Both the position numbers and the translations under genes were made by a program. Shown here one piece after another: positions 1 to 13,519 of a stretch of DNA of 64,000 bases. Every line of letters begins with the position of its first letter. Within the stretch, counting starts at the first letter, position 1. Below the pieces are notes generated by a model. That model made no database searches. It saw only the letters and a program-made list of their open reading frames with translations, and had not been told where the DNA came from. Where the stretch lies: NCBI RefSeq assembly GCF_004010195.1, contig NC_057736.1, positions 15,808,338 to 15,872,337 of the forward strand. Direction: 5' to 3'. Origin of the DNA: Chiloscyllium plagiosum. Lineage: Eukaryota.

Positions 1-1841
1 GCTAAGAAGAGCCAGGAGGGGACATGAGAAGTTGTTGGCGGATAGGATCAAAGAAAACACTAAGGCCTTCTATAGGTATGTCAGGAATAAAAGAATGACT
101 CGAGTAAGATTAGGGCCAATCAAAGACAGTAGTGGGAAGTTGTGTGTGGAATCTGAGGATATAGGGGAAGTGCTTAATGAATCCTTTTCATCAGTATTCA
201 CTTTGGAAAAGGGCAATGTTAGTGAGAATACTGAGATACAGGTTACTAGAATAGATGGGACAAAGAGGAGGTCTTAACAAATTTGGAAGATCTGAAAATA
301 GATAAGACCCCTGGGCCGGATGGGATTTACCCTTGGATTCTTTGGGAAGCTAGGGAGGAGATTGCAGAGCCTTTGGCTTTGATCTTTATGTCATCATTGT
401 CGACAACAGTAGTGCCAGAAGACAGGAGGATAGCAAATGTTGTTCCCTTGTTTAAGAAGGGGAGTAGGGACAACCCTGGTAATTATAGGCCAGTGCACCT
501 TACTTTGGTTATGGTTAATGTGTTGGAAAAGATTATAAGAGACAGGATTTATAATAATCTAGAAAGGAATAATTTGATTAGGGTAGTCAACATGGTTTTG
601 TGAAGGGTAGGACGTGCCTCACTAACCTTATTGAGTTCTTTGAGAAGGTGACAAAACAGGTGGATGAAGATAAAGCGGTTCATGTGGTGTATAAGGATTT
701 CAGTAAGGTGTTTGAGAAGGTTCCACATGGTAGGCTATTGCGGAAAGTCAGGAGGCATGGGATAGAGGGATATTTGGCCAATTGGATAGAAAACTGGCTA
801 ACCGGTCGAAGGCAGAGAGTGGTGGTAGATGGTAAATATTCAGCCTGGAGCCCAGTTACAAGTGGAGTTCCGCAGGGATCAGTTCTGGGTCCTCTGCTGT
901 TTGTAATTTTTATTAATGACTTAGATGAGGGAGTCGAAGGGTGGGTCAGTAAATTTGCAGATGATACGAAGATAGGTGGAGTTGTGGACAGTGAGGAGGG
1001 CTGTTGTCGGCTGCAGAGGGACTTAGATATGATGCAGAGCTGGGCTGAGGAGTGGCAGATGGAGTTCAACCCTGCCAAGTGTGAGGTTGTCCATTTTGGA
1101 AAGACAAATAAGAATGCGGAATACAGGGTTAATGGTAGGGTTCTTAGTCAGGTGGAGGAACAGAGGGATCTTGGGGTCTATGTACATAGATCTTTGAAGG
1201 TTGCCACTCAGGTGGATAGAGTTTGTAAGAAGGTCTATGGAGTATTATCGTTCATTAGCAGACTCTTGAATTCAAGAGTCGTGAAGTGATGTTGCAGCTG
1301 TACAGGACTTTGGTTAGGCCACAGTTGGAGTACTGTGTGCAGTTCTGGTCGCCTCACTTTAGGAAAGATGTGGAAGCTTTGGAGAGGGTGCAGAGAAGAT
1401 TTACCAGGATGTTGCCTGGAATGGAGAGGAAGTCGTACGAGGATAGGTTGAGAGTTCTCGGCCTTTTCTCGTTGGAACGGCGAAGGATGAGGGGTGACTT
1501 GATAGAGGTTTATAAGATGATCAGAGGAATAGATAGAGTAGACAGTCAGAGACATTTTTCCCCGGGTGCAACAGAGTGTTACAAGGGGACATAAATTTAA
1601 GGTGAAGGGTGGAAGGTATAGGGGAGATGTCAGGGGTGGGTTCTTTACCCAGAGAGTGGTGGGGGCATGGAATGCGCTGCCTGTGGGAGTGGTAGAGTCA
1701 GAATCTTTGGTGACCTTTCAGCGGCAATTGGATAGGTACATGGTTGGGTGCTTAAGCTAGGACAAATGTTCGGCACAACATCGTGGGCCGAAGGGCCTGT
1801 TCTGTGCTGTATTGTTCTATGTTCTATGTTCTATGTTCTAT
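1..1841 (+). mobile_element. CR1 LINE, ORF2 RT region plus 3' end (frameshifted)
   Basis: Broken ORFs read PGPDG, GVPQGSVLGP, FADDTK, LERVQRRFTRM; ends in a (GTTCTAT)x4 tail at 1814-1841. Confidence 0.95.
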
Positions 1842-1844
1842 TGT

Positions 1845-2460
1845 TATTGCTAGAATGTTGTCAGGACCTTCTTGATATTGCATTGAGTGAATTGAATTGG
1901 TTGAAGTCTGGCATCTGTGATGCTGAAGGTTTCAGGAGGAGGCTGAGATGGATCATCCACTTGGTATTTCTGGCTGAAGGTGGAAGCAAAGGCTTCAACC
2001 TTGTATTGTACACTAATGGCCTAAGTTTTCCATAGTCGAGTATGAGGATGTTGATGAAGCCTGAGCCTTCTATTAATTGTTCAATTGTCCAACACCATTC
2101 ACAACTGGTCTGCAGCACTTGGATCTCACCTGTTGGCTGTGGGATCACTTAGTCTGTCTATTACTTGTTGCTTGATGTGCAAGTAGCTTCACCAGGCTCC
2201 CACCTCATTTTTAGATATATGTGGCACTCCCTTTAGCATGCCCACATGCACTTTTCATTAAACCAATGCTAATCTCCATCATTGTCGTAATGAGAGAATG
2301 GGAGGTAGGCTGTGCCTGGAGGTGACAGATTGTGGCTGAATTCTGCTAATGGCACGCAGCGCCTCCTGGAGGCCAATTTTGAGTTGATAGATTAGTTTGA
2401 AATCTGCCCCATTTAATATGGTGATAGTGCCACACAAGATGATGGCGGTCAGCATTATTA
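1845..2460 (-). mobile_element. Old non-LTR (CR1/L2-group) LINE ORF2 fragment
   Basis: Minus-strand translation (WCWTIEQL..GS..NILIL..) resembles the segment upstream of a LINE RT domain; heavily decayed. Confidence 0.55.
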
Positions 2461-4149
2461 GGACTAATTTTCAAGACCAAGTTTTTAAAAATATCTTAAT
2501 TGAATTTAAATCTCAACAGCTGTAGTGGTGTTAGTTAAACCCATGTCCCAGGGCTGAAGCCAGCCCTCTGAGTTGCTGGTTCAATAATATTATTGCTACA
2601 TCACCAATCAATGTGATTAAATTGAAACTTCAAGAAGTGAGCAGGTCCTGTTGGGCTTCAATTCAAAGAGTAGAAAACATGTAAATCAGTAACCTTACTT
2701 GCCCTACCAAAATTGTTTTGCTTTTGCCAATGTTAGAAATAGTGAGTAAAACTGCTTATGATTAAATATAGTATGTTCTGATATAATGCAATGGTTCAGT
2801 TTCTGTATGATCCAGTATTAGAAGAAAATAGTGTAATAGTAGCACCATTTAAACCAATGGGGCCAGAATGATGCTGTGGCCAACACAGGTGAGGAAAGGT
2901 TCGCATTCTGCAAATAATGTGTTACAGCCATTCATGTTGAAGGAATGCATGTTATAGCAGACTGTACAAGCTAAGTATTGTCAGCAATGTCTAGTGGTCT
3001 GTTAGTTGCTTGTACATTTGAAGAACAATAAATTCCTTTTTAAGACTGAACACGTGTGCTGCAGCCCTCTGTTGTTAGGCAGTAGGTGTTTCCTGTAACA
3101 TAATTGCAGTCTTGTTAGCTGTCAATCAAACTTCGTCATTATTTCTGATGGATTTGTGCTCCAATCTAACCTACAGCCAGAGGCAGTACATGTTCCTTAG
3201 CCAACGATGGAATTTGTACCTATGAGTAATCTATTGAATGTAACCTGTTTTTTTGTCTTTTGGCCTAGCGCCATGTAGATCTGAGTCATTCTTTCTGGAA
3301 GTTAACACTGTCAGGTGCACGGCAGCTTTAGGAAGTAAATTTACTGATAATTACATCTGACCTGGGACAGACATGGGGAAAGACATGTTTAGGGTGGAAT
3401 GTTGGTGTTGGAATAACACAGAACAAGTTTTACTCTGTTTGTAATCTGTGCTGTACCTGCTGCGGAAGTGGTTAGAAAATGTAGAGGGAGCTTTATTCTT
3501 CATTTAACCTGAGCTCTATGTTTCTCCTTCATACTGATAGCTGGTGTCTCAAATGTAACACTGCTCACACTTAGCTCAACAAAAGTTAAAAAAGACTCGC
3601 TCTGTCACCGAGATATTTTGAGTAGATAAGCATCACCAGATTCAAATACTGTAGAGAGTTAAAAAATAAGCAATGTTTGACTTAACCTTTTTGCTTCAGA
3701 GGTTGGTTTTGAACTATGACTTTGCGAGAGGACAACAGGCTGTTGGATTGCCCAATTGTGGTCAATTTGTGTAGAAAAAGTGTGAATCCATTGAGAGATA
3801 GTCAACTATATTCTTCTCAGTGATATGTAAGTGACTGAGCTACCTGAACCTGGCTTGCTGTTGAGTGGTGTGTGTATACAGTGTTATTCCAAGATGTTCA
3901 ACAAACTCTTTTTGTTTTGTTTGTTGTTGAGTGAGAAGTCAGAAAATATTCATTTTGCTCTGACCATATCATAGCAGGTTGTCATCTCTCCAGGACTGTC
4001 CCTGGAAATCCCAGGAATTACAGAATAAACTTATGTGCATGGGAGAAAAATCATTATGTTTGAAATGTTCTTCAACACTTCGTTGTTTTTCAGTTATAAA
4101 GGTACTATAGACGAGAAAGGGAAGGTCACTTGACTGACAGTGAAGAACA

Positions 4150-4353
4150 GACTTAGAGTGTGGTGCTGGAAAAGCCAGTCAGGCAGCATTCAAGGAGCAG
4201 GAGAATTGATGTTTCAAGCTTAAGCTCTTCATCAGGAATCAGCTTATGCTTGAAACGTTGACTCTCCTGCTCCTCAGATGCCTGACCAGCTGTGCTTTTC
4301 CAGCACCACACTCTTAGACTCTGATATTCTCCACCATCTGCAGTGCTCACTTT
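4150..4353. mobile_element. Penelope-like 3'-end insertion, inverted/palindromic arrangement
   Basis: Arm AGAGTGTGGTGCTGGAAAAG.. and its reverse complement ..CTTTTCCAGCACCACACTCT; flanked by CTGACAGTGA(A)GAACA at 4134-4149 and 4354-4368. Confidence 0.8.
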
Positions 4354-5224
4354 CTGACAGTGAGAACAATCCAGTTGGTTAAAGAGGAGTCTATTCATTT
4401 CTCAAATGGTCATGGGAAGGTGGGGCATTGTGAGTTGAGTGTGTTGGATGATCAATACCAGCTGAGGAGGGCAGGGCAACTGAAGGCAAGTGGTCATGTG
4501 GACTATTAACCAACAAAAATCTGATTATCCTAGGTATCACACAAGTGAAATGTCAATACAATCCACACCATCAAAAGTTATTGCAGTGGGTAAGCAATTC
4601 TGTTGACAAAGGCATTACTCATTAACAAACTGAAAGTGATGCAACTGTGTAACAGGCCAATTTGAGCACTGAGCAACAACACAGGCCTGCTATGGGGGCC
4701 TTTTATCAAAACCTACCCAATTAAAATTCAAATTAAAACTCCCCATCTGGCCAAGTCTTATTCTACCTCAATCTAATTCAGCTTCAATTACACTTGTGTA
4801 GATCATTGAGAATCCAGGTTTTTTTTCACAGAACTGTGAGAGCTAAGAGTTGATTCATTACAGGTGTTCAAGGTTGTTTAGAGTTACTGCAGTATGGATT
4901 AGTGACAGATGATTGCACTGGCCACTAACACAAGGAAAGAAGTGTAGCTTCCTGGAGCTCCCTGTCTAACAGCATTACCTGCACCAGTTGGGTAGTGGCT
5001 CACTAACATCTATCAAGGCCAATTAGAGATGGGTAACAAATGTTGGTCTTGCTTAAGACATCCACAACCCATTAGAGAATAAAATAAATTAAGATAATTG
5101 CAAAAACACAGCAATGATTTAAAAAGCCCTTCACACAGCATTCGACGGTTAGAATGTGAAATTCTCAGCATCAAACTGTGTTGAAACAGGATGCATCAAT
5201 TCTTTAGAGAAAAAAAAACGAGTG

Positions 5225-5530
5225 TTTGGCTCTGAGCCAGAAAGCTGTGCATCAAAGTCATACTCCAGAAACCTGACCTTATCATCTAGCTTTACACCCC
5301 CAGTACATTACACAGGGAGGGCCGTATAGCTGGAAGCTGAAATGTGTTTGTCTGTCCTCTCAGGTGAACGGAAAGGACCCCACACACACTGTTGGCTTCA
5401 CTTATCCCTCAAGCAACATTGCTGAAATAGACATTCCGATTGTTATCTCATTGCTGTTTATGGGAACTTGCTGCGCACAAATTGGCTGCTGTATTTTCTG
5501 CATTACAGCAGTAATTACATTTCAGTGTAT
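5225..5530 (+). mobile_element. DeuSINE-like SINE (SacSINE1/AmnSINE type)
   Basis: CCTCTCAGGTGAACG..GACCC..ATCCCTCAA..TTGCTGTTTATGGGAACTTGCTGCGCACAAATTGGCTGC motif, shared with many other copies in the window. Confidence 0.65.
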
Positions 5531-7480
5531 GTGATAATCTGGCTATTTTAATCATTTACAGGATGCAGATGTCACTGGCGAGATCGGCATTTATTGTCAT
5601 CCTTAATTTCCCTCGAGAAGGTGGTGATGAGCTGCTTCCTCAAACCATTGCAATCTGTGTGTGGAAGTATCTCTGACTGTGGACCTGGTCCTAGTTCATA
5701 GAGAGAGACACAGGCAGAAAGCACATTGGAACACTATTATACCCGAGCTTCCCTCTCTCCTGACACGCACCCTCCTGACTTGGAAATATATTGTCATTCT
5801 TTTATCATTACAGCATCAAAATCCTGGATTTCCCAATTGAAAAGTACAGCCAGAGCTACTGCATCATACGGATCGCAGTGTGATTCAGAGAGGAAGCTCA
5901 TCACCAGCTTCTCAAGGGAGAGTGTGGAGAATGATAAGTGCTGACCTTCCCATTGACACCTGCATCCTGTGTATGAATTTAAAAAGAAATGCTTTGGAAT
6001 CCCCTTTCTAAACATCTCTATCTTTCTATCATCCTTTAAACCTACTACTTTGGCCATCTGTCCTAGTACCTCATCATGTGGTCACTTTTGACTAATGATG
6101 CTCCTGGGTAGCACCTTGGGGTGTTTTCTTAGATTAAAGTAGCCGTATAAATGGATGTTGTTGTGTTTTTGTACTCCAGGCAGGATCTAACTCAAGTCAT
6201 AGCTGAGGATCTTGCATCCATTCTGAAGGAATAAGTAGCAAGGGTGGTCTCCAGTTACTTTCATCTGTTGTGATTTTCAAAGGACATTCTTGTAGGCAAG
6301 TTTTCATTTCAGGGTAAAGGTCCATGTCTACCCTCGGTGATGGTGGTCATGCATCAGAACTGAATGCACCCCCTGGAGTGGCATAAAATCCAGACTGACA
6401 CACCCAGTGCAGTGCTGAGGGATGCCATCTCTCAAATTAGATGTCAAACTGAGGTCTTATCTGGCCTCCCAAGACATAATTTCGTAGACGGGGTGGGGGG
6501 GAGAGTGATCTCATCCTCCATTGTAAACAAATTAACGAGCCATGGATCTCATTGCTTTTTGTGAGGCCCAGCTATGTGTAAATTAGCTGCAGTGTTTCCC
6601 AATTTGCTGCAATGGCAAACATTCAGGAATGCTTTGGGGCATGTGGAGGTTCTGAAGGGTGTGAGAGATTTTGGCTCTTTCTTTCAGCCGTAGTGGATGG
6701 ACTGTCAGTCTAAAGTGGGACAGCTGTAAAATGGAGAGGCTCCTGTCAGTCCATCTGATCGAACTTTCCATACACTGATAGATTAGCTTTCGTGTTCCAA
6801 GAGAAAAGGCGCAGAGTGACAGGTAACCTCAGCTTCTGACACCAGACGCTCGGCATTATTGTCAGTGGGCTCGAGACTCATTGTTTAGGAACAGATCAGT
6901 CGTTCTCGTGTGTCAGAGTTGGTGACAGCGCAAGATTGGTGAGTCCAAGATGACTCACTTTGGTGGCAACCTGATCACTTGGCCTCTGTAAGCAATCTGA
7001 TCAATAATTTCTCACGTACTGAACAGGTCAGACATGGTGCTGAACACAAGAACTGTTGGTATCAGGCTTTGACTGATGGTGACAGCTTCTTGGATTGTTT
7101 GTAAGAAAATAGCTAAAAATAACCACAGTCCTTTCAGTTTATCAGCAACATGAGAACTCATGCACTGCACAGTTTATTTGGCCTTGATGAACGTAAGGAG
7201 AGGATTTGGGTATTATGCCTATTACTTTCACACCTTTTTATATGTTATAGGAGTGATTGGGTTTCGCGTTGTCTGTGAGGTGCTGACTGGAGGCTGGAAG
7301 GGGAAGGGCGTTTACTGCTTATCTGTAAATGGACTCTCAACATCACACGACACTGTGAAAATCTTCACTTCATATCTTCACACTCTTCCCTTGGAGAGTA
7401 ACGTGAAACTGAGAAAAGGATACTCAAGTTGGCAGGCTGTGATGAACACAAGTATTCTGTGTCCATCTTTATATCACATA

Positions 7481-7650
7481 GTAGGAAGTGAGGACTGGAG
7501 ATGCTGGGGATCAGAGTCAAGAGTGTGGTGCTGGAAAATCGACGTTTTGGGCATAAGCCCTTCGTCAGGATTCCTGACGAAAGGCTTATGCTTCAAATGC
7601 CAACTCTCCTGCTCCTTGGATGCTGCCTGACCTGTTGTGCTTTTCCAGAA
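7481..7650. mobile_element. Penelope-like 3'-end palindromic insertion
   Basis: Symmetry centre TCAGGA-T-TCCTGA near 7571; TSD CCATCTTTA(T/A)ATCA at 7463-7476 and 7651-7664. Confidence 0.8.
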
Positions 7651-7738
7651 CCATCTTTAAATCAGTCAAAAGGGAGGCATTAGTCCCATGGATGTGAGGG
7701 GTGAACTTTCAAGGGTTCCATTAGCCCCTAAACTGAGG

Positions 7739-8031
7739 TAGATTAGATTAGATTCCCTACAGTGTGGAAACAGGCCTTTCGGCCCAACCAGTCCACACCG
7801 ACCCTCCGAAGAGTAACCCACCCCCCTCTGATGAATGCACCTAACACTATGGACAATTTAGCATAGCCAATTCACCTAACCTGCACACCTTTGGATGGTG
7901 GGAGGAAACCATAGCACCCAGAGGAAACCCATGGAGACATGGGGAGAATGTGCAAATTCCATCCATCTGGAATTGAACCTGGGACCCTGGCGCTGTGAGG
8001 CAGCAGTGCTAACTACTGAGCCGCTGTGCCG
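7739..8031 (-). mobile_element. V-SINE (HE1-like) tRNA-derived SINE
   Basis: Reverse complement begins GGCACAGCGGCTCAGTAGTTAGCACTGCTGCCTCACAGCGCCAGGG..GGTTCAATTCC (A/B boxes), then V-domain GGGTTTCCTCTGGGTGC, a CR1-like tail and (TCTAA)n. Confidence 0.88.
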
Positions 8032-9849
8032 TAGGGAGCCATTCATGGCCACTGGGTGCAGGTATTCCACTAGACATCATTCAGAGTCTGATCTCCACTC
8101 AGCAGGACAATTGGAGCAGAGAATTGTATCAGGACATTCTGGTTCAGATTGGACAATGCTGTAAAACTGGGCTAAAGAATGTGAGGATGCTGCCACTTTA
8201 AAAAAAAGTTATTTTGTCCATGATTTTCTTTTTGAAGAGAGATTGTAAAAGCAGAGGTGTTGAAGAGTCTAGGGGTTTTAACAGTTAACAATGGAAGGGG
8301 AGCAGCCAATTCTCCCAGTTCAGGCTGTCTAGTTTTTTTTAGCTGTAGCAGTCACAAAGTGTGTGAGTCCAGAAGTGTGGCAAGCTTCAGTAAAGAGTTC
8401 CTCTGACTTTCTCTCAAGTCTCTCTCTGGATGTTCTCTCTTGCCTTCACCAAAACCAGTCTCCACGGGATGTGAAAAATCCAACCCTACAATTCTATAAT
8501 TCACGCAGGCAGAGGAGCATTGTTTACAAAATGCTGTCCAAGCCACTAGGGCTTTAGAGTGTATTTCACTCATTGTAAAACCGATCGGCAGAACTCAAGA
8601 GTGCACTCCCTCTGCACCTTCAGTTTCATGTCATCAAAACAAGTTGTCAAGAGTTCTTTCTTCTCCCTACAATATTTTTCTCCTTGCTGGACTACAGATA
8701 GTTTCATTTCTAAAGGAATCGTCTGGTGAAACTTGCTGAATATCAGGACCTGCTGCATCTTCTCAATGTGTGCAGTAGAGTAGGGGATCCCAACAACCAA
8801 GCTGCAGAAGTGAGCTTGACCTCGACTGTCCTGTTATGCGCAAACAAGTCCTTCCTCCTCCTGTCCTGACCCATTTCCATTAGATACTTGTCCTCTCAGA
8901 GTGTAAAGCACCACCCAATATGATGTGAAATGTTTCAGACCATAAGAACTTCGGAGTTGCCCCTCAGCCCCTCAAACCTATTTCATGTTAAGATGACAGC
9001 AAATCATCTTCAGTCCATTTTACCTGCCACTGGTTCTCCAACCCTAAATATCTTTGCTTAAAAAAACTACTAATCTCAGCTTTGAGATTTTCTATTGATC
9101 CCTATCGTTATTGATTTTGTGAAAGGAAGTGTTTTCAATGTCCACTGCCATTTGTGTAGAATCGGACAGGCCCCAGCACTCATTGAGTTAACTAAGCTCA
9201 ACCAGGGCAACAAGTGCAGGTATAAAAAGACCAGTTACTTATTATAGTTAGGGACACAGATTACAAAAGTAACAAGCTATCAATACCATATTAAGCAGGA
9301 TGCCACACATGTATGGGAAATTATTATGAGACAATGATTAAGTCACACGGTTGTATGAACTCTCTGTACTATTGCGCACAATGGAGTAGATTTGCTGCCT
9401 CCATCCTCATTCCTAGGAGGTTGCTTGGCTGAGTGTGGCAGAGGAAAACCACATGGTAGACCAGTGAGAAGAGACTCCTGACTTCAATAAGATGCAGTTT
9501 ATTATGTGATTGCAATCAGTTATAAATTACACTGATGTGTTCACCTTCTTACAGAAACTTTGAGGAAGACACAAATGGTTAGTCTAACTCCCTTAAGATA
9601 CAAAGCTGTTTGCTCCTAGGCCCATATGGCAACATCATAGTTGGTGATGCTTAAAGCACACTTCACACACTTGTCTTCTTTTTCCTCTGGCTGTGGTGAG
9701 TAAGATGGCCTTGCCCTGTGCTATTAGCCTCAGGGTCTCTGCTTTTGGATGGGGAAAGTGGGAAACCTTTGCCCCTCATTTCTCCTCAGTGTCCCCTTCC
9801 GAAAACTGTGTTAGTGTGAGAACAGAGCTGGACTGTAAGAGGAAGTAAC

Positions 9850-10235
9850 AGGATGAATTTACATTTCCGTCGCACCTTTCACAATCCCAGTACACTACAA
9901 AACACTTTACTTTTAATCGAATACTTTTTGAAATAGTCCCTGTTGCAATATAGGCAATGCTTCAGTCAATTTAGATGCAACATGCTCCCACAAACAGCAG
10001 GGTAATATTGACCAAATAATCGGTTAAACTGAATGTTTCTTCAGCATTAAATATTGGACAGGGGGCTAGTAATGCCATAGTACTTTTTAAAATATTCACC
10101 AGAGAGGTAGATGGGGCGTTGGGTTAATGTCTTACCAGCACAGAGCTGTTGAAAGGTACTGTCAGCCTGCAGTATGTACTCAGGTCTTTGTGACCCAAGT
10201 GTGAGAGTGCTACCCACTGAAGCCTTGGTTGAAAC
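9850..10235 (-). mobile_element. DeuSINE-like SINE
   Basis: Reverse complement matches the 5225 and 47680 copies, including the ..TGAAAGGTGCGAC..AAATGTAA tail. Confidence 0.55.
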
Positions 10236-10794
10236 CTTTTTAGTCCAAATGTTCAGCTCATTGCTGCATTGCCCTTATTTGTTTTTAAGCCAACAAGAAT
10301 TCTTGGTGTTTGTTTTGTTCAAGGAACGCAAAGGGCTGAATTGCAGGAGACACTGCACCTTCAAAGAGAGAAGAGGAATATGAACGTGAGGCTCTGGTGA
10401 CGTTAAGTTTGAGTTTCTATAAACTGCAATGGGAGAGAAAGCCCTGAAGGTCACAATTTTCTGCAAAAGAATCATAGAATAACAGTATACAATAGTCAGG
10501 GTACAGAAAGAGGCCATTTGACCTATTGCTTCTCCCACCCTTTCCTTGTTCCACTGGAAATTGTTTCTCTTCAGATCATAATCCAACTTTTCTTGGAAAG
10601 CTGAGAATGAATTTGCCTCAAACACATTCTCAGGCAGTGCATGCCAGATCAAAATATTGTTCCTTGTGACCCTTGGTTCTTTTGCTATTCATCTTAAGTT
10701 TGTGTCTTTCATTTTGTGACCCTTTCAAAAGTGCATTTTCTTGCAAGCTGCGTCTTTCTGGTGCGTAGGCCTATGTGTGTCAGCTTAGCTCGTA

Positions 10795-11060
10795 GCAGCA
10801 GCACCATTAGGTCCCTGGGTTCAAGTATCACTCTAGGGATTGAGCACTTATAAAAACACAAGGTTGGTAATTCATTGTAGTGCTGGATGATCACTCCACT
10901 GACAGAGGTGCTGTCTTGCAGCTGAGATACTAAACCGAGGCGCCAGCTGCTTATATCCCGTATCACTATTTGTAGAAGAGCAGTTGGGTTAACCCAGTGT
11001 CCTTTGGAATAGCTCAACCACCATCACAAGAAACAACAATCTAGTCATCCTCACATTCAG
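10795..11060 (+). mobile_element. DeuSINE-like SINE
   Basis: GGTTCAAGT B-box; GAGGTGCTGTCTT..TGAGATACTAAACCGAGG..GAAGAGCAG..AACCCAGTGTCCT core. Confidence 0.6.
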
Positions 11061-11761
11061 AACAAAGCATTGTTGACTGAATAAGGATATTAGTCTATGA
11101 TGCCAATGCAGAAGTAAGTGTCCACTGCAGTTGGCACTGCTGATACATTACTAATCCTAATTTGTGCAGTGAAGATAATTGTGCCAATCCTATTAATGAT
11201 CTGTTTATGATTTGCAGTGGGAGAGGAACAAGAAGCCTTTTATTTTTGCGGTGCAATAATAATAACTTACAGACATCATCCAATGACTTACCGTGCTTGG
11301 CAAAAACTAGCTGCTAAACAAGAAATGAATGAGCAATTAATTTGTTGCTTGTGGCAGGCTACATGTGAGCAGGAGGAGGTGACTCAGCTACCTAAGACCA
11401 TTCAACCTTTCACTTAGATCAAAATGATTGAAATTAGACATAGCTGATCCCATTCCTAACTCCATCTACTGGTGTTGGTCAGGACTGTAATTATAGGGCA
11501 AAATGCACTGCCTTCATGATGCGTGAGTACAGTGGATATGCAGTTGTGATTGTGTGCAAGACAGTATACAAGATTTTTTGTGGTGGATATGAATGTCAGG
11601 GAGTGCAGGGCTGATTTTGGTGCGGGTGGGTAATTTTAATCTAACTCGCTCAGTGAGAAACTGAAGAAATCAGAACATTTTACTCCCCACCCATTGACTT
11701 CAATACAGAATTAACTTGACTGGGCAGTAAAATTGGCCATAGAAATTGGAGGAGGGTGTAA

Positions 11762-11871
11762 TTTTTAAAAAAATTTAGCCTGTTTTTCTAATCAACCTAT
11801 TCAGAGATGTCATTACACACCTCTGGCATAGGTGGGGCTTGAACTCAGATCTTTTGTCCACAAGATGACCT
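11762..11871 (-). mobile_element. Short (~110 bp) tRNA-like SINE with 12-bp TSD
   Basis: TSD AGGAGGGTGTAA at 11750-11761 and 11872-11883; similar to 37468-37576 and ~62255-62355. Confidence 0.6.
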
Positions 11872-11984
11872 AGGAGGGTGTAAATTGAAGATGGATGTAA
11901 ATTGGAAGTAGATGGTATAAATTGGAGGGTAGTGGCAATCTGATCCAGTCAGGTAGTTGCTAGGCTGATTAATGTAAAATGATC

Positions 11985-12516
11985 GCGTGTGTATCTGTTT
12001 ATGTGTGTGTTTACCTATCTGTGTCTGTGAAAGTGTGTGTGTGTGTATGTGTCTGCATGCTTACCAGTCTCACTAATAATGTCTGTAAGTGTGCCTATGA
12101 GCATATATAACAGTGTGACATGTATATGAATCTTTCATTGAGTGTAATTTATAAATATGTGCATATCTGCCAGGGTGTATGTAAATGTGTGCATGAGTAT
12201 GTATGTGCATGTATGTCAGTGAATGTGTTTATCTGTGTGTCTCAGTAGTTGGGTGATCATGGATGTGTGATTGTGTGTGTCATTGCATGCCTGTGTGACT
12301 CAGTGGGTATGTGATTTTGTGCATGTATTTCACAGAGGGTGTGTCTGTGAGTGTTTGTGCATGTGTGTCTTAGTGAGTATGAGTGTGTGGTCTTGTGTGT
12401 ATTTGTGCCTCAGTGGGTGTGTGCATGAGTCTATGCCTGTCCTTCAGTGAATGTGTTTGTGCATGCGCACGTGTGTGTGTGTGCGTGCGTGTGAGTGCGC
12501 GCACGTGTGAGCATGT
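11985..12516. repeat. Degenerate (TG)n/(TGCG)n low-complexity tract
   Basis: Dense GT/TG dinucleotides ending in GTGTGTGTGTGTGCGTGCGTGT. Confidence 0.9.
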
Positions 12517-13519
12517 CTGGTGCTGACTGCTAATTATTGTCACAGCTCTTTAATTGCTGCAGGTTTGTCTTACCCTGATATCATGTGCTCAGTAGCTCAT
12601 TCACTCAAAACCCATTAAGGATTTGTCAGCATTCCAAATTAAAAAGAAACCACAAAGGCCCAGTCGAATTAATCTGCGACATTTGTTTTCGAAGTAGTGC
12701 CTGATTGCATAACAAGCCAGAAATCTGACCAAGCCTGCAACGTGTTGGGCAACCAAGTGGCTGCTTCTTAGTTAATTGCAATTCTTGATTAATTCTTTGT
12801 GCTGTGCCTTTCAGTTAAGAACATATTTACTTAATAAGATGATGTGTCACATTCTGGCCTGCAGAGGCCTTTTGATAGAATTTATGTGGAAAGCATAAGT
12901 TGAATAGAACTAGTCATTGAAGTCCGCGCTTGGAGGAATTAATATAGGGGAATTGGCAGCTAAATTAAATCGATATTTTGCATCAGTTTTCACTGGAGAT
13001 CATTATAAACACCCAAAGGATATCTGGTAAGCAAAATGCTAATTGCAGGAAAGAACTTGTAACATTCTCTATCACCTGGGATAAAGTATTTGACAAGCTA
13101 ATGGGGCTGCAAGTAGCCAGGTCACCAGCAATTGGCTGCAGAGAAAGTGTAGGCATTGGTCCAAATATTCCAGCACTCACTGAATCTTAGGAGGGTTTCA
13201 GTGGATGGAAAAATTGTTAATGTAACACCTCTGTTCAACAGAGTGGGAGACAGAAAGCAGGAAACTGTAATTAGACTAACACCTATTTTGGGAAAATGCT
13301 GGAGTCCATTATTCAGGAGGAAATAGAAGGACAATTAGAAAAGCATAATGAAATCAGAGTCAACATGATTTTGTAAAAGGGAAATCACGTTTGTCAAATT
13401 TGTTAAAGTTCTTTGAGATTATAACTGAAATAACGCCACAGAGGCCGGAATCCCATCATCAAATCACCTTTTATTTACATGTACATATTACTTGACACTA
13501 GTCTGTTTTCCTCAGAGCC

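Noticed and set aside
7160-7630. 156-aa ORF and similar short ORFs across the track
   Set aside because: No recognisable domain, and many run into repeat sequence; chance ORFs
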